A stretch of 64,000 bases of DNA from the human T2T-CHM13v2.0 reference genome, Homo sapiens: the NCBI RefSeq assembly GCF_009914755.1, contig NC_060927.1; one strand, 5' to 3'. The translations under genes were made by a program, and so were the position numbers. Shown in pieces: positions 1 to 13,360 of the stretch. The notes under the pieces were generated by a model. That model saw only the letters and a program-made list of their open reading frames with translations. It was not told the DNA's origin and searched no databases. Numbering within the stretch: the stretch's first letter is position 1; every line of letters begins with the position of its first letter.

Positions 1-1009
1 AAATCCTGGAGGTGCGCTGGGATCAGTGTATCCCTAGTGTATCCTATTCACATACATAGAAGCACACAGGAACATTTTTTTGAATGAATCAATCTTTGAA
101 AGTTTGAAAAATGCCAGCTGAGGAAATAAAGTTCACCTCTCCTAAATCACTTCGAGGAAGAAAACTAATTGGAAATCAGTTTTCTCACTTCTCCTGATAA
201 TCCATTACTTACCCATTGTCCTATTCCAGGACAAAAGACAACACACTACACAAAGAAAAAACTCTCCTTCCCAACACATGTGCTACATTGAATCTCCAGA
301 TATGATGAACTGAGACACTTACAGAGTTAAGTGTGAAAGGGCGAACTGATTTCACAATAAATTGGTTAACTATTTAAGTGTTTCAAGATTCTACTTAAGT
401 GTACTCAGTCCATCTTGATGTAAGTAGCAAACTTTCAAAAGTTTGGAATGCCTGTCATTGTGGCAATATGCAAGTGCACTGCAGGACACAGAACAGTAGT
501 TAATTACTTCAAATATATGAGACAGATTAGATATGATCAGTAGTTAAGCAAGCCAAAATCCTAAACAGAAAAATCTCAGTGGTATCCATGTGTGTACACA
601 GGTTGTCATGGCCACACCTTGGCTTGGCAAGTGCATCCAGGAACATTTTCTCCTAGGCTGCCTTTTCCCTTGCCTGTCATGATTGTCCACAAGCCTTATA
701 ATAAAACATGGTGAGATAGCAAACGTGGGTTATGTGGGTGTGTTTGTCCTTCTCTGCAAACAAGATTCAGTCTTTCAGAAGAAATACACAAGCAGAAAAT
801 GGCTTCAGACAAAAAAAACAGAGTAGTATCTATGGGTAATAGAAGGCACTGTGAAGGCGGATGGGTGCAGGGTGTTCAGGTGTGTGAATAGGGCATCTGG
901 GTCAGTACAGGGATTGGAACTGAAATGGAGGTGACAGTGGAGGTTATACAGTAGGGAGAGTGAGTCTGATTATGATGACAGCTACAATTTTTTTTTAAAA
1001 TAACTCTGA

Positions 1010-1220
1010 CAAACCAGGTACTGGGCCCTTTACTTAGGTTTGCTTTTTTAACCCTTTCAGAAATACTATGAGATAAGGGCTTTTATTATTCTCATTTTAT
1101 ATGTGAAGACACTGAGGCTCAAAGAGATGAAGTAATTTGCCGAAGGTCACGCAGTTAATTCCACAGTCAGGATTTTATCTAGGATTCCGTACTTCCAAAC
1201 TTTGTGCTTATAAACACTGT
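1010..1220 (-). mobile_element. MIR SINE relic
   Basis: Reverse MIR core: cattttatatgtgaagacactgaggctcaaagagatgaagtaatttgccgaaggtcac; boundaries approximate. Confidence 0.75.
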
Positions 1221-1812
1221 TCCATCAGTGTCCTCTGTTCCACTGTGTATGTTCCATACCGTTTCACTGTATTCTCTATTGGCAGGACAGTCTAGAGATT
1301 AGGAGAAAGGTTAAGCTTAGAGCTGTAATTGTAGGGGGAATTTCTTAGAACATAACAAAGACAATGAGAGAGTCAATCTCTGGCATCTTCCCCGAGGTGT
1401 GGTATACAGGTGGGACTTGGGGAGCACTGAGAATTTGTATTGGAGAAAGTATGTTCTGTTGTTCCTTAATTTGAGGATACAATAAAAAAAGAAGTAAATC
1501 TGTGGCTGAGGTGAAGGGCAGAACAGTAAAAGATACAGGAAAATAGATGTAAAACAATAACCACTAAAATGTACTGGCCAGTTTACTGAATGCTTAGAAT
1601 TGCTGATATTGGTTTTAGATTGAATTGCTTTTTCTTCAGGTAACTCCATGTAGCAGGGTCTAGGGTGAGATGCCTAAGAGGTGTATTTATTTAATGATAG
1701 TTAATGATATTCCTGAGTAGAAGGGAAGAGATCAGTTGGTTCTCCATAAGAGAAGTCAAAAAGGTTGCAACAAACTATGTAATTCCTGCCTCACTATCAG
1801 AAGAATGGAAAC

Positions 1813-2177
1813 TGGTATGGTTTGGCTGTGTCCCCACCCAAATCTCATCTTGAATTGTAGCTCCCACAATTCCCACGTGTTATGGGAGGGACCTGGTGGG
1901 AGATAATTGAATCACGGGGGGCAGGTCTTTCCCGTGCTGTTCTCATGATAGTGAATAAGTCTCATGAGATCTGATGGTTTCATAAAGGGGAGTTCCTCTG
2001 CACATGCTCTCTTGCCTGCCACCATGTAAGACTTGACTTTACTCCTCCTTTGCCTTCCACCATGATTGTGAGGCCTCCCCAGCCATGTGGAACTGTAAGT
2101 CCATTAAACCTCTTTCCTTTATAAATCACCCAGTCTTGGGTATGTGTTTATTAGTAGCATGAGAACATACTAATACA
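1813..2177 (+). mobile_element. THE1B-like solo LTR (ERVL-MaLR)
   Basis: Full-length match to recalled consensus from tggtatggtttggctgtgtccccacccaaatctc to ...gagaacatactaataca; TG..CA ends; ATTAAA polyA signal. Confidence 0.93.
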
Positions 2178-2221
2178 CACTTGTCTGATTCATTATGACT
2201 ATTCCATTTCTTTCTCTAGAG

Positions 2222-2357
2222 CTTTGCTACTCAAAATGTGGTCCATGGAACATTAGCACCATCTGCGAGCTTTAACCCAGACTGATTGAAATAGAGCTTG
2301 CATTTTAACAGGCTCCCCAGGCAATTCCTATATGCAGTAACGTCTGAGAAGTACTGC
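2222..2357. mobile_element. MER5A1-like hAT-Charlie DNA transposon
   Basis: gctactcaaaatgtggtcc ... tgagaagtactg ends, flanked by ctaga-type hAT target sites. Confidence 0.7.
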
Positions 2358-3114
2358 CCTAGACTATGTATTGTGCCAGCTCGGCAACTTGGTGAACTCT
2401 TGTTCAGCCTTCAAAGCCTAGCTCAGATATCACCTGTTCTTTAAAGCTTCCCCTAGCAATGTCTTAAAGAGCTAATCCCTCCTTCCTTTCTGCTGTTTCT
2501 CCTCCTACTCATCTCTACTCTGCTCGTGACACTGTGTTCTTGAGGAGAGGGTACCTGTGTTACTCCTCTTTGTATTCTACTGTGTCAGCTGTGTCACTTC
2601 AAAAAGACAGGTTCTAAAAAGCATCCAGTTATTCGATTTAGTTATTGTTACTCAATTTAAGTCCTTCTTGGACAATGATTTTTAAATTTTTCTATGCACA
2701 AAAATGACCTGGTCATCTTGTTAAATTGGAGGCCTGTAGACCTCACCCCTGTGAATTCTGATTCTGCATGTTTAATTGGGCCCCAGGAATTTACATTTTA
2801 ACTAGCAGCTCTAAGGATTTCTGGTGCAGATGACTGAGGGAAATCTCTGGTTTAGAAACATTTCCTGGTGTCTGTAATATGGAGCTTCTTTCTGGTCTAG
2901 TGGATTGCCGCTGTCCTGCATATTGTGCTGGTCTTTATGTCCTCTAGGTATCAAGAATGCCTTAATCGATTAGTATAGGAGATACCCAAATATGTATGGA
3001 CTATATATCAGTAAGGATGCCTTTATACAGAAATGAAAATATGCTACATTGCAGGCCCTAACAGTTTCAGTTACTCGCTATGGTAGAGACTGTTGTAAAG
3101 ATCTCTTTCCCTAA

Positions 3115-3202
3115 GGTGGAGGTTGTAGTGAGCCGATAATCGCGCCATTGCACGCCATCCTGGGCGACAGAGTGAGACTCTGTCTCAAAAAAGGAAAAAA
3201 AA
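3115..3202 (+). mobile_element. Severely 5'-truncated Alu (right-arm end plus A tail)
   Basis: ggtggaggttgtagtgagccga...gtctcaaaaaagg; TSD-like aaagatctctttccctaa (3097-3114) / aaaatctctctccttaa (3200-3216). Confidence 0.88.
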
Positions 3203-4321
3203 ATCTCTCTCCTTAAATGGACTCAGTGGTTCTTAGGACCCATTCCAGTATGTGGGAAACACGTGAATATTTTCCACATACACAGCTCTGATTGTGTGAG
3301 TGCTGCTATGTGCCAGGCAACATACGGTAGGTGAATACGTTGATGATTTCATCGAATTCACACCATGATGCTGGACACGATGCAAGGGACACTGTCACCC
3401 TTTGAATGATAAGAAAATGAAGTCAGGGGTTCGTGCTTCTTTCCTGTTTGCCAAACTGTCTCTCTGTTTCTTCAGCTATACCTTTTACTCATTATCCATG
3501 TAAAATTCCACAGGGATCAGCAGAGGGTGTGGTTGTCAGGCTTCCCTAAAGTTTCTTCACTGCACTCCACTTCTAAGCCTCAATCATAACCATTTTTTTC
3601 CAGTTGTAGAACATATCTGTACTAGGCCATGTCTGGAAAACACAAAGAAGTGATTTATTTCCTTTCTTAAGAGAATTTTTAAACAGTTTGATTTTTTCCT
3701 TAGCGGTGCTGTCTCTAAATCCACACATATCTTCATGGCTGGAGTAAAAGATACATGGATACATATTTTTGAGTTGTTATAGCAATGGAATCAAATCACA
3801 AAAGAGTGGAGACAATCAATTTTTGCAGTTGATTGGAAAGACAATTAGAAAATTAGATTGTCAGGGGCATAGCTAATTTAGTTAATGCTGCAGAGTTCTC
3901 TGAGAATAAAGCAAAGTTGTTTTGTCTCGGGAGGATTTGTTATTTGGAGGGTTGGGAGAAAAGAATGGATTAAATAAATTATGGTACATCCGTAAATTGA
4001 GACACAATGGTGCTGATTTCTTTCAATGTCTACTATATGTAGGGCACAAAGATGAATACAGCAGGCCCAGTTCTTGCCCTCATAGAATTTATTGTCTATT
4101 GAATGAAGTAGAACTATGTAGATCTATATATACTATCATCGAAAGCCATCCAAGATACGCTGTAAATAGTGCATAATGTAAAAACGGTATATGTTTGTGT
4201 ACAAATGAATTTGCCAGATGGTTACATCCAATGTTATTAATGGCAGTTATCTCTGAGGACTAGTAATGGGTTTGGGTTGGGGATCGGAGGAATGGAAGGG
4301 AATGATGAACTGTGCAACTTT

Positions 4322-4990
4322 TTGTGGCAGGGACTGTGAACTACCTGCCCTCGAATCCCTTCTTCAGTCAAAAAAGAAAACAAAATCAAACCAAAACAGA
4401 ACAAAATTAATACACAAATAAAATAAACCCCAAATATTTTCCAGACTCCTTATGGCTCGGTGTAGTCATAAGACTAAGTTCTAGGCAAGTAGAAGTGTTG
4501 TATATGACAGCTAGAAAGGGCTTCTAGAAAGGGAAGATATTTGCCCTTTTGCCTATGTTGCTTTCTGCTGCTTGGGATGTGGATTCCTGGTATGCTCCCA
4601 GCAGCCATCTTGGACCATGAGGAGATCTGGAGGGCAGAAGCCATGGAGGGGAGAACACTAGGATGAAGGACCATGAGTCTCCTTCCTACCAACCTGCTAC
4701 CACTTTTGCCGTCTGCTATGATAGTAGCAGTAGCCACATATGAATATTTTAAATTAATTAAAATAACATAAAATAAAAAGTTTAATTCTTCAGCCCTACT
4801 AAGCCACATTTAAAGTGCTCAGTGGCTACCTGTGACTAGTGGCTACTAAACTGGACAAGACAAATAATAGAATATTTCCATCATCACAGAAAGTCCTATT
4901 AGATAGTGCTGCTCTGCTGCCTGGTTCCTGGTTCCAGGCTTTATAAGAGCCAATAAATCCCCATATTTACGTCTTTGTTACTTGTAGTTG
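4322..4990 (+). mobile_element. Old MLT1-family LTR interrupted by MER3
   Basis: MLT1 motifs (ttccagactcctt, cagcagccatcttggaccatgag, ccaataaatcccc); highly diverged, boundaries approximate. Confidence 0.6.
4712..4912. mobile_element. MER3-like hAT-Charlie element
   Basis: agccacatttaaagtgctcagtggctacctgtgactagtggctact...catcacagaaagtcctattagatagtgctg. Confidence 0.7.
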
Positions 4991-5980
4991 AATTAAACAT
5001 ACACTATACCAAATCCATTTTATAATGACCATATATCAATTTTATGATATAAAACTCATATAGTTTTAAATACACAATTAAACATCAAACATGGATTAAA
5101 ACAGATCAAGATATATTATAAATAACTTGGTTTGATTATTTAAAAAACAGGAATATTGTGTCAAAAATAAAATTTTTAAAACCCTGGGTATAGAAGAGAT
5201 CTAGAAAATTATAAACATTTAGATGTGTTTCCAAAAGCAAAAGGCTGGGCATCTGAAGTTTATATAAGCTTCACTTGGAATCGACATAGACCGCACACCA
5301 AGTAGGTGTATACATTTCTATAGAGTTGCTGTCTGCACATTCAGCTATGGAGCATATTAAGAATGTTCTGAGAGATACACTGAACATTCACAGGAGACAC
5401 TTTTATAAGGATAAGATATGGTCTGGTGCTCTCTAGCTATTTATCAAACTCTCTGCTGTTTGCATTTGAAAATATACAATGACATTACATTTTAAATACC
5501 CTAAGTTATATTGTGCTGCCTTTGAACCTGCAGCAAAATTATGATACCATTGTGTATTTTTAAAGATTAAATATTTCTCATATTTTTGCACTACAGCAAG
5601 CAAACCAAAGGCTTTTTAGCATTCCAGGTCATGCAGACTCTTTCAACAAGGTTGTTTATTCTTCGTTCAACGTGTGCGGGATTCAGGAGAATCATTTCCA
5701 TTCTTTTAGGAAGGTGCCACCCAGGTAATTTTTGGCACATAAACGTCAATGCATATTCCATATTCTGATCTGTTTGGAAAATGCAGTACATAAAACCCAT
5801 TCACCAGGCTAAGGTCACTAAGGGCGGATAAACCAACGCTCTGCAGTGGCTGCTTATAACTAAGTAGAAAAACCTTATGCTTTCAACAGGGCACCAAATT
5901 TAGTAAGTCCCTAAGCACCCCCACCTGGTACTCTCTCAGCACAAATGGAGGACATGAGTTGGTTTTTTTTCCCTTCCTCA

Positions 5981-5999
5981 TGTTTGTGTGTGTTTATGT

Positions 6000-6056
<57 letters not shown>

Positions 6057-6066
6057 AGAGAGAGAA
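5981..6066. repeat. Compound (TG)n(AG)n microsatellite
   Basis: Seen directly. Confidence 0.97.
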
Positions 6067-6722
6067 TATTTTATTCTTCCAAGTTGCGATGATTTGACAT
6101 GTGCTGTTTTTACATATTTCCATTTTCTAGTTTCACTGAAAGTCTCAAAGGCTTATGGAGATGAGAATCAAAAGTTGGGAAAGTGTGTTCCTGGTAGGCA
6201 AATGGTGCTGTTATGAAAACCTTTCTAAAAATCACATTGGAAAAAAAGTGGTTTCAATTGTGGACTTTATATGACCACCGTGTCACTTTTGTATTTGCCT
6301 GAGAAACAAAGGGAGGAGAGCAAGGAGTGAAGATGGTTGGGAGATACAATTCGGAGAGAGGGCCTGTTTCTAATACTCTTAATACTAACTTGGCATTTCA
6401 GAGTGTTGTTTATCCCCTTCCAGTTCCATCAGCAGTGGTGATTTTTAGTGCCATCATTAGTAACTTGGTCTACTGTCTCATTCAATATAGCGTGAAGTCC
6501 GACATCCAGAAAATATTGAAGAACAATTTAAATTTTTACTGAAGTCTCAAGAAACAATGAGCAAAGGGGATTGCATTTTTAACTCACAGAAATGTTATAA
6601 AGTTCTCTTTTCCGCCTTTTATCCCATTGTTTCTGGAGTGCAGCCAACTCTTGTTGAATCTCCCTGCAACCTCCACGCTTTCCAGACTCCCTCTCGCATG
6701 GTTCTTTCTTGACTCCTGACCC

Positions 6723-7057
6723 TTGACATTTTGGATCCGGTATTTTCTTTCATCAGGGTCTTGGTCTTTTCTAATGTAAGGATTTCAAGATTTTCTGTAT
6801 ATTTTTTGACATTTTGGATCTGGTATTTTCTTTCATGAGGGTCTTGGTCTTTTCTAATGTAAAGATTTCAAGATTTTTCTGTATATTTTTTGACATTTTG
6901 GAACTGGTATTTTCTTTCATGAGGGTCTTGGTCTTTTCTAATGTAAAGATTTCAAGATTTTTCTGGATATTTTTTGACATTTTGGATATGCTATTTTCTT
7001 TCATGAGGTTCTTGGTCTTTTCTAATGTAAAGATGTCAAGATTTTCTGGATATTTTT
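6723..7057. repeat. Minisatellite, about 4 copies of an 83-84 bp unit
   Basis: gacattttgga...tattttctttcatgagggtcttggtcttttctaatgtaaagatttcaagatttt recurs at 6725, 6808, 6892 and 6976. Confidence 0.96.
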
Positions 7058-7653
7058 AAATTATCTTTCTGCTATTCCCAGCATTAACACAACCAAAGGC
7101 CCTAGAGGGTGAGCAGGCAAACCCAGAAGCCACTCAGTAAGCACTGGGAAAAGGAAAGCCTGAGAAACTTGCATGCTACATTTTTCCTTTTGTGTGTTTC
7201 GGCTACGTACACCTTTTAACATCCTTCTAGTTCATCTTCCTTTCTTCCAGCCTTCAGGCCCCCTTAACTTTAGCTGCTCTGCAACATTAGCTAGTTTTTA
7301 TCCAATGACTCCTCCCCACCCCAAAGCCAGCCACCTGTTCCTTCCCTCCCCTCTTCCCTCCCTACTGCCTCTGCTATGTGACCTTAAGCTAGTTGCCTCA
7401 GTTCCCTCGCATGTAGATCACACACCTTTTCTAGAAGGTCCCAGTGGGGCCCTCCTCTTCTGAGATTGTAAGATTCAGGTCATGCTTACTCAAGAACAAA
7501 CACCTGACTTGGTTAAAAGTGAACACCTGAGCATGGGTTGCTCCTTCTCCTTTAAAGTATTTTTTGATGGCACAAGTAACAGGTATATGAGTATAAATTC
7601 CTATACAAAATGAAAACCATTAAGAATGAGACTGAAATCATTCCTTCCTCTAA

Positions 7654-8131
<478 letters not shown>

Positions 8132-8839
8132 TAATTTTGTTTTGTAAAGAATTGTTTAAACATATAAATGCTATTCCTGTACATTTTTTATTTTCCAGTT
8201 CCTCTTGAATATCTGAGAGGCTGGTAAAAATGAGATAAGCTGGGTAAGTGTGTTCTTGGCAGGCAATTGGTGCTGTTTTGAATAAAAATAAAAATGGTAC
8301 ACTGTGCTTATTGTTTTCATTTGCTTTCTTTTGCCCTTGAAGTCATTGTTACTATAGAAGAACATAGATCATTTTTTTAAAAACAGCTGCACAGTATTCC
8401 ATGTAGTAGGAAGAAGTAGAATAATCATACAGGTAGCTAAAATTTATAGACTGCTGTTTGCCAAGAACTGTTATTATTTAATCTTCAAGGAACTCCATGA
8501 AATAAGCAGCCAATACTAGTCCCATTTTACAAACAAGATATCTCAGAACCAATACAAAATTACCATGCCTTATTTCATCTGTTGCCAGACACGCCAGTTG
8601 TTTCAATTGCTTGCGGTGACAAACATGAGACCAAATCTCCTTGCCGAGGTGCAGGTAGGATGGTGCCAAGATGGGAACAGATGAGGTGTGGGGCATCTGC
8701 ATTTTTAGATTCAAGAGATACTTCCAGACTTCCCTCATGATCATATTAAGAGAGACTGTAAATATTGAGAAGGGTGGGGGTGGAACATAGAATGGGGAGT
8801 GAGCTGGTAGGATGGCCAGAAAGGGGATGGGTGGAGGGA

Positions 8840-9295
8840 TGTATGGCAGATGCACCTGACGGCAATAACTTGCTTAAGCCTACCCTGAAAATGACCCCAT
8901 ATGGCACCTGAATATGTGTCTGGAGTTCCGAGCTAAGGAATCCAGGAGCGGCCAACTGGGAGATTTTTTCCTTGTCTGTGAAGCACATTTGAAGCCCTTG
9001 GATCCATCCTGTGGAATGTAAGCTGTACAGGAGATCCGGGCCCTTTGTTTTGGGTTAATTGAAGGTTGCCAGGTGGAGGTTGTTAGGCAGAGGGTGCTAA
9101 CTGAAAATGCTATATAAACTGCATGCTTTTTGCAAGCAGTTGTGGTTCTTCTGCCCAGTCTGCCGCCACTGGACCGTCCCTGTGTGTAAGTTTCCCACTA
9201 ATAAAACCCTGTGTCTCATCTGCTGGCTCCAAGTCTCTTCGGCCTCTTGAACATGATACCATCCTTGTTGAGGTTAACAGGGGTCCAGCACAACA
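8840..9295 (+). mobile_element. Solo ERVL LTR (LTR47-like)
   Basis: TGTATGGCAGA...GCACAACA ends; perfect 5-bp TSD AGGGA (8835-8839 / 9296-9300); internal TATATAAA and AATAAA. Confidence 0.85.
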
Positions 9296-10229
9296 AGGGA
9301 CAGCTCAAACTCCAACTTCATCCACTTTCTAATTGTGCATAAGGAAAATTCTGGGTAAAAGCAGCCTTTTCCCACTATTTCTTCCCACCTCCCTAAACTC
9401 CAAGGCATCGTCTCACATTCTGCTTTGTCTCCCCTGCCCAAGACCTTCCACCCGCCCTGCGGTGCATCTGGGCCCCAGCTGTGCCAATGTTGTTAGGCTT
9501 AGGAAAGATTTCAAGACTTTCAGTATTTACTTTATCCCAAGAACATAAGGCAGGCAGACAGGCCTCCATCCCTACGTTCCATTTACACAGATGTCAGGCC
9601 ATGGATGTAGGTTCATTTTTCATTCTTTAATCCACAGGTAAGAATTAAACCATAACCTGCCTCACCAACACCACAGCATCAATATTTTCTCAGACTGGAA
9701 CATGGTTTCCCCGTTCTTATCCACCATTTAAAAATAAACTTAACATATGGCATTTGTCTTATGTCAACGGAATGCAATGTGCTTTTCTTGACATATGACT
9801 CAATTCAAACACTGGGAAAAACTTTGATATTTCAGAGGAGTGTGCAGTGGGAGGGAAGAGGATTGCTACCTTCCCCCATTAAACCGGTTAATCCCTTGAG
9901 GCAATTTTCCAGAACCTGAGATGTCCTGAGTTTCCCAGATAATTGAGTTTCTTAAATCAAAATTTGTGTCATACAGACCCAAGGGTAATGCTGGATACTT
10001 AGTAAGACTTCTTAAAATCACAGTCAAACCAATAGGTAAAATGCATGGAAGTTGGGAGCACCAAAGATTATATTTATGCAGTTTTCTCAAAGGCCCTACA
10101 ATGCCAGACCAATCATTCAAACACACCCCAATGACACCACATCAATGAAGGTAAAGGAAAGAGGACATGGACACACAGCAAAAGCTTGCAAGTGGGGAAA
10201 ACATTCATATACAAGCAGAGCAACAGTGA

Positions 10230-10460
10230 AAATAACTACCACTTGCTGGATGTTTATAAGCCAGGCACAAACTTAGTGCTTTGCCTATGTGATGATGTTC
10301 AATACTCACAACCATCTTCCGAGGCTGGTATCATTATGAGACCCATTTTACATATGGGGAAATTGAGATTTAGGAAGCACAAAATTTTGGACAACGTTAT
10401 ACAGCTATTGAAGGAACAGGAATCCAAGTCCACTTCTGTCTGATTCTAGAGCTTGGCCTG
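10230..10460 (-). mobile_element. MIR
   Basis: cccattttacatatggggaaattgagatttagg, reverse MIR core. Confidence 0.7.
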
Positions 10461-10573
10461 ACTCTGTTCATAACCTTATTATTACATGTCATTAGGGAGA
10501 GCAGGTTGTACATCCTATCTCTCAAAACATAACTATGATTCTGTGAATTTTTGCCTCCAAACAACGTCTCAAC

Positions 10574-10865
10574 TTTTTTTTTTGAGATGGAGTCTCACTC
10601 TGTCGCCCACGCTGGAGTGCAGTGGCGCAATCTTGGCTCACTGCAAGCTCTGCCTCCCGGGTTCACGCCATTCTCCTGCCTCAGCCTCCTGAGTAGCTGG
10701 GACTACAGGTGCCCGCCACCATGCCTGGCTAATTTTTTTGTATTTTTATTAGAGACGGGGTTTCACCGTGTTAGCCACGATGGTCTCGATCTCCCGACCT
10801 TGTGATCCGCCCGCCTTGGCCTCCTTAAGTGCTGGGATTATAGGCGTGAGCCACCGCACCTGGCC
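10574..10865 (-). mobile_element. AluY
   Basis: Diagnostic gcaagctc, ttcacgccattc, gttagcc; TSD aacaac(g/t)tctcaactt. Confidence 0.95.
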
Positions 10866-11814
10866 AACAACTTCTCAACTTTCTAACCTGCCTGTTCAGG
10901 CACTGAAGTAGCCTCCTAGCTGCGTACCCGATATTCTAATCCCTTCACCTATGTTACTGGAAGAGTGATCTTCCAGGGGACTAGAATATCATCGTGAGCT
11001 CACTTGCTCAGAAATCCTCAGTAATTCTTATATATAGCTCTATGGCTAAGACAGTGCCCTACAGACAGTGAGCACACGAACATTTACTGAATGACTAAAC
11101 ATGCTCCAGTGACCTTCCTTTCCCTGGCACAGTTTCTGAAATTAGGTATCCCAGGTCACACCTATAGATCAGGTGATGTTAAATACTGGAAAAACACTCT
11201 CTTCCGAGTCTGAAAGACTTGAGCTCTGTCTTTCTGAGCTCTGTGCCCTCAGGCAAATCCCTTCATAGCTCTGGTTCTTTTTCCTTCCGTGCCCCATTAC
11301 CTGGTCAGTGTAAACTTAGCAGTGGTATATGCCTAAGGCACACAGGATTCTCACAATATCATCATTAATAAATACTGTTGAAACATTTTTTCAGTCAGTC
11401 ACATCTTAATAAATCAACAGATCTGAGCCATTTCCCCTGTGACTGCGAGGTGGGAGCAGGATATTTAGGGAAGAAAAGTTTTTGTGAGCCAGAAGAGGAG
11501 GACTTCTTGGAACATGGTGTCCTGCCTGGTAGAAGGTTGGTGGTGACTAGCTACTCCCCTGGTGGCCCTGGTATTTTAGAAGTTGCTGTGGGGAGGACAG
11601 GAGCTCCTGGGAGGGAAAAGAAGAATCCTTAACAAGAACCAAAAATGGGCCAAAGACATTTTACTGACCTCAGAGTTTTGACTACCTGAGACCCAGATTG
11701 AGCTGTAGGCCTAGGAGAAAGAGAAACAGTGAGGAGGACACAGCTGCCTTCTCCACCTGTGTGAGCAATTTTTGCCTAAGGCAATTTGTTCCTGGGGACT
11801 TTGAGAGAATTTTT

Positions 11815-12328
11815 TTTAGTTACCAATTGCTGAGAAACAAACCACCCCCAAACAGCAATCATTTATTATTGTCTCCTCATTTGCTGGATTGGCAATCTGG
11901 GTGGTTCTTCTGCTGGTCTTGCCTGGGGTCACTCACGTAGCTGCAGTCATTTGACAGCTTGACTGACACTGGAGAGCCCAGTGGCTTCATTTATGTGTCT
12001 GGTAATTGATGCCTCAGCTTTCCATGACACGCCTTCTCTTCCTCCCATAGGCAACACTGGACTTCTTGATAGCAGGGACATATCAGGGTTCCAGGAGGGT
12101 GACAGCAGAAGCTGCAAGGTCTCTTAAGGCCCAGGTTTCAGGAGTTGTACAACATCACTTCTGCCACATCCTATTGGTCAAAACAAGTGGCAAGGGCAGC
12201 CCAAATTCAAGAGGGTGGAACAATGGAGCTGCCTGTTGTTGAAAGGAGTGATGATGCTGTGTTGCAGAGATGCCTGGACATGGGGTGGCATGAGTTGTTG
12301 TGGGCCATTATGGTAAAAATCTGTGACA
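11815..12328 (-). mobile_element. Old MLT1 (I/J-like) LTR
   Basis: aacaaaccacccccaaacagcaatcatttatt...cacttctgccacatcctattggtcaaaacaagt. Confidence 0.65.
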
Positions 12329-13047
12329 GGGGATATCCTTTCCCACAGTCAGTATTTCCAGAATGTTCTGCCCTTACCAGCCTAAGAATTTTACCTACAG
12401 ATTATATAGTTATTTGGTTTCCTGGGGTCACCATGAATGACTCTTGTTCAATGTGATTGGGGTTTTGGTGACCAAAGCCAATCCAGAAACCTGCTTCTAG
12501 AGCCTTTCTGGGTCTTTGACTCTGCTTCTCCCACCTCCCTTTTCCTCCTCACTGAAAAGCATGGTGTTGACCTAAGGCCTAAACAGTATTAAATAAAGGA
12601 AAAATTGTTTTGACACTTTAAGATGTTATTCATCATCTTCAGGAAAGGGATCCAATTCTAGGGACTGTTCTGTAACTGTACTATCAGCTAGCATTCCATG
12701 GGCCCAGTCCCAGAGCAATGTCACATTCAAAGATACCAAAACATAAGTAATTCCCATCTAAACTTGCATTTCTTGAGGAGTATTAAAGAGGATCCAACTC
12801 CTAACCTAAAGCACCATTTTCTCTCAGTTTCAGACTCCCTCACACCTCAAGACTGCCCCGCCATCTCTGTCTCCCTAATCTCCACTCTTTGTTTCCTCTT
12901 CAGAACCTCTCTGATGCTCCTAAATGGTAGGGCCTACACTTCTCTTCCCTCGTTCGTTCCCACATGAGTTTTTTCCCCTCTATAAGTCTCTTTCAGCTCC
13001 CTCAGAAGCAAATCCCCCAGTCTGAGCCCTTCTTCCACAGATTGGCT

Positions 13048-13259
13048 TATGGTTTTGTGACCTTGCTACTAGTGACATTTTGGGCCATATAATTCTGTTG
13101 TGGGATTGTCCTGTGCATTGTAGGATGTGTAGCAGCATCCCTGGCCTTTACTCACAAGATGCCAGTAACACTGCCTCCCAGTCATGACACCCCAAAATGT
13201 CTCTGGACATTGCCAAATGTTCTCCAGGTGGCAAAAGCACCCCCAGTTGAGAACTGCTA
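13048..13259 (-). mobile_element. MER20
   Basis: gacattttgggcc...tgtcctgtgcattgtaggatg...gacattgccaaatgt...gttgagaactgct. Confidence 0.88.
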
Positions 13260-13360
13260 TCTTAGCCTAACCTGTATATTAAAGGCTCTTGGAAAATGAG
13301 GAGGGATGACAAAATGCATTTCTGTACTGAGAGAGGGGCAATAAACCAAAAATATATTTA

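Noticed and set aside
5911-6216. ORFs with HTHTHT / VCVCVC / RERERE runs (also 21964 and 44893)
   Set aside because: Microsatellite translations.
6723-7057. CRISPR-like array or repeat protein gene
   Set aside because: Head-to-tail units with no unique spacers in a primate genome; no splice or promoter support, and one unit breaks the frame.
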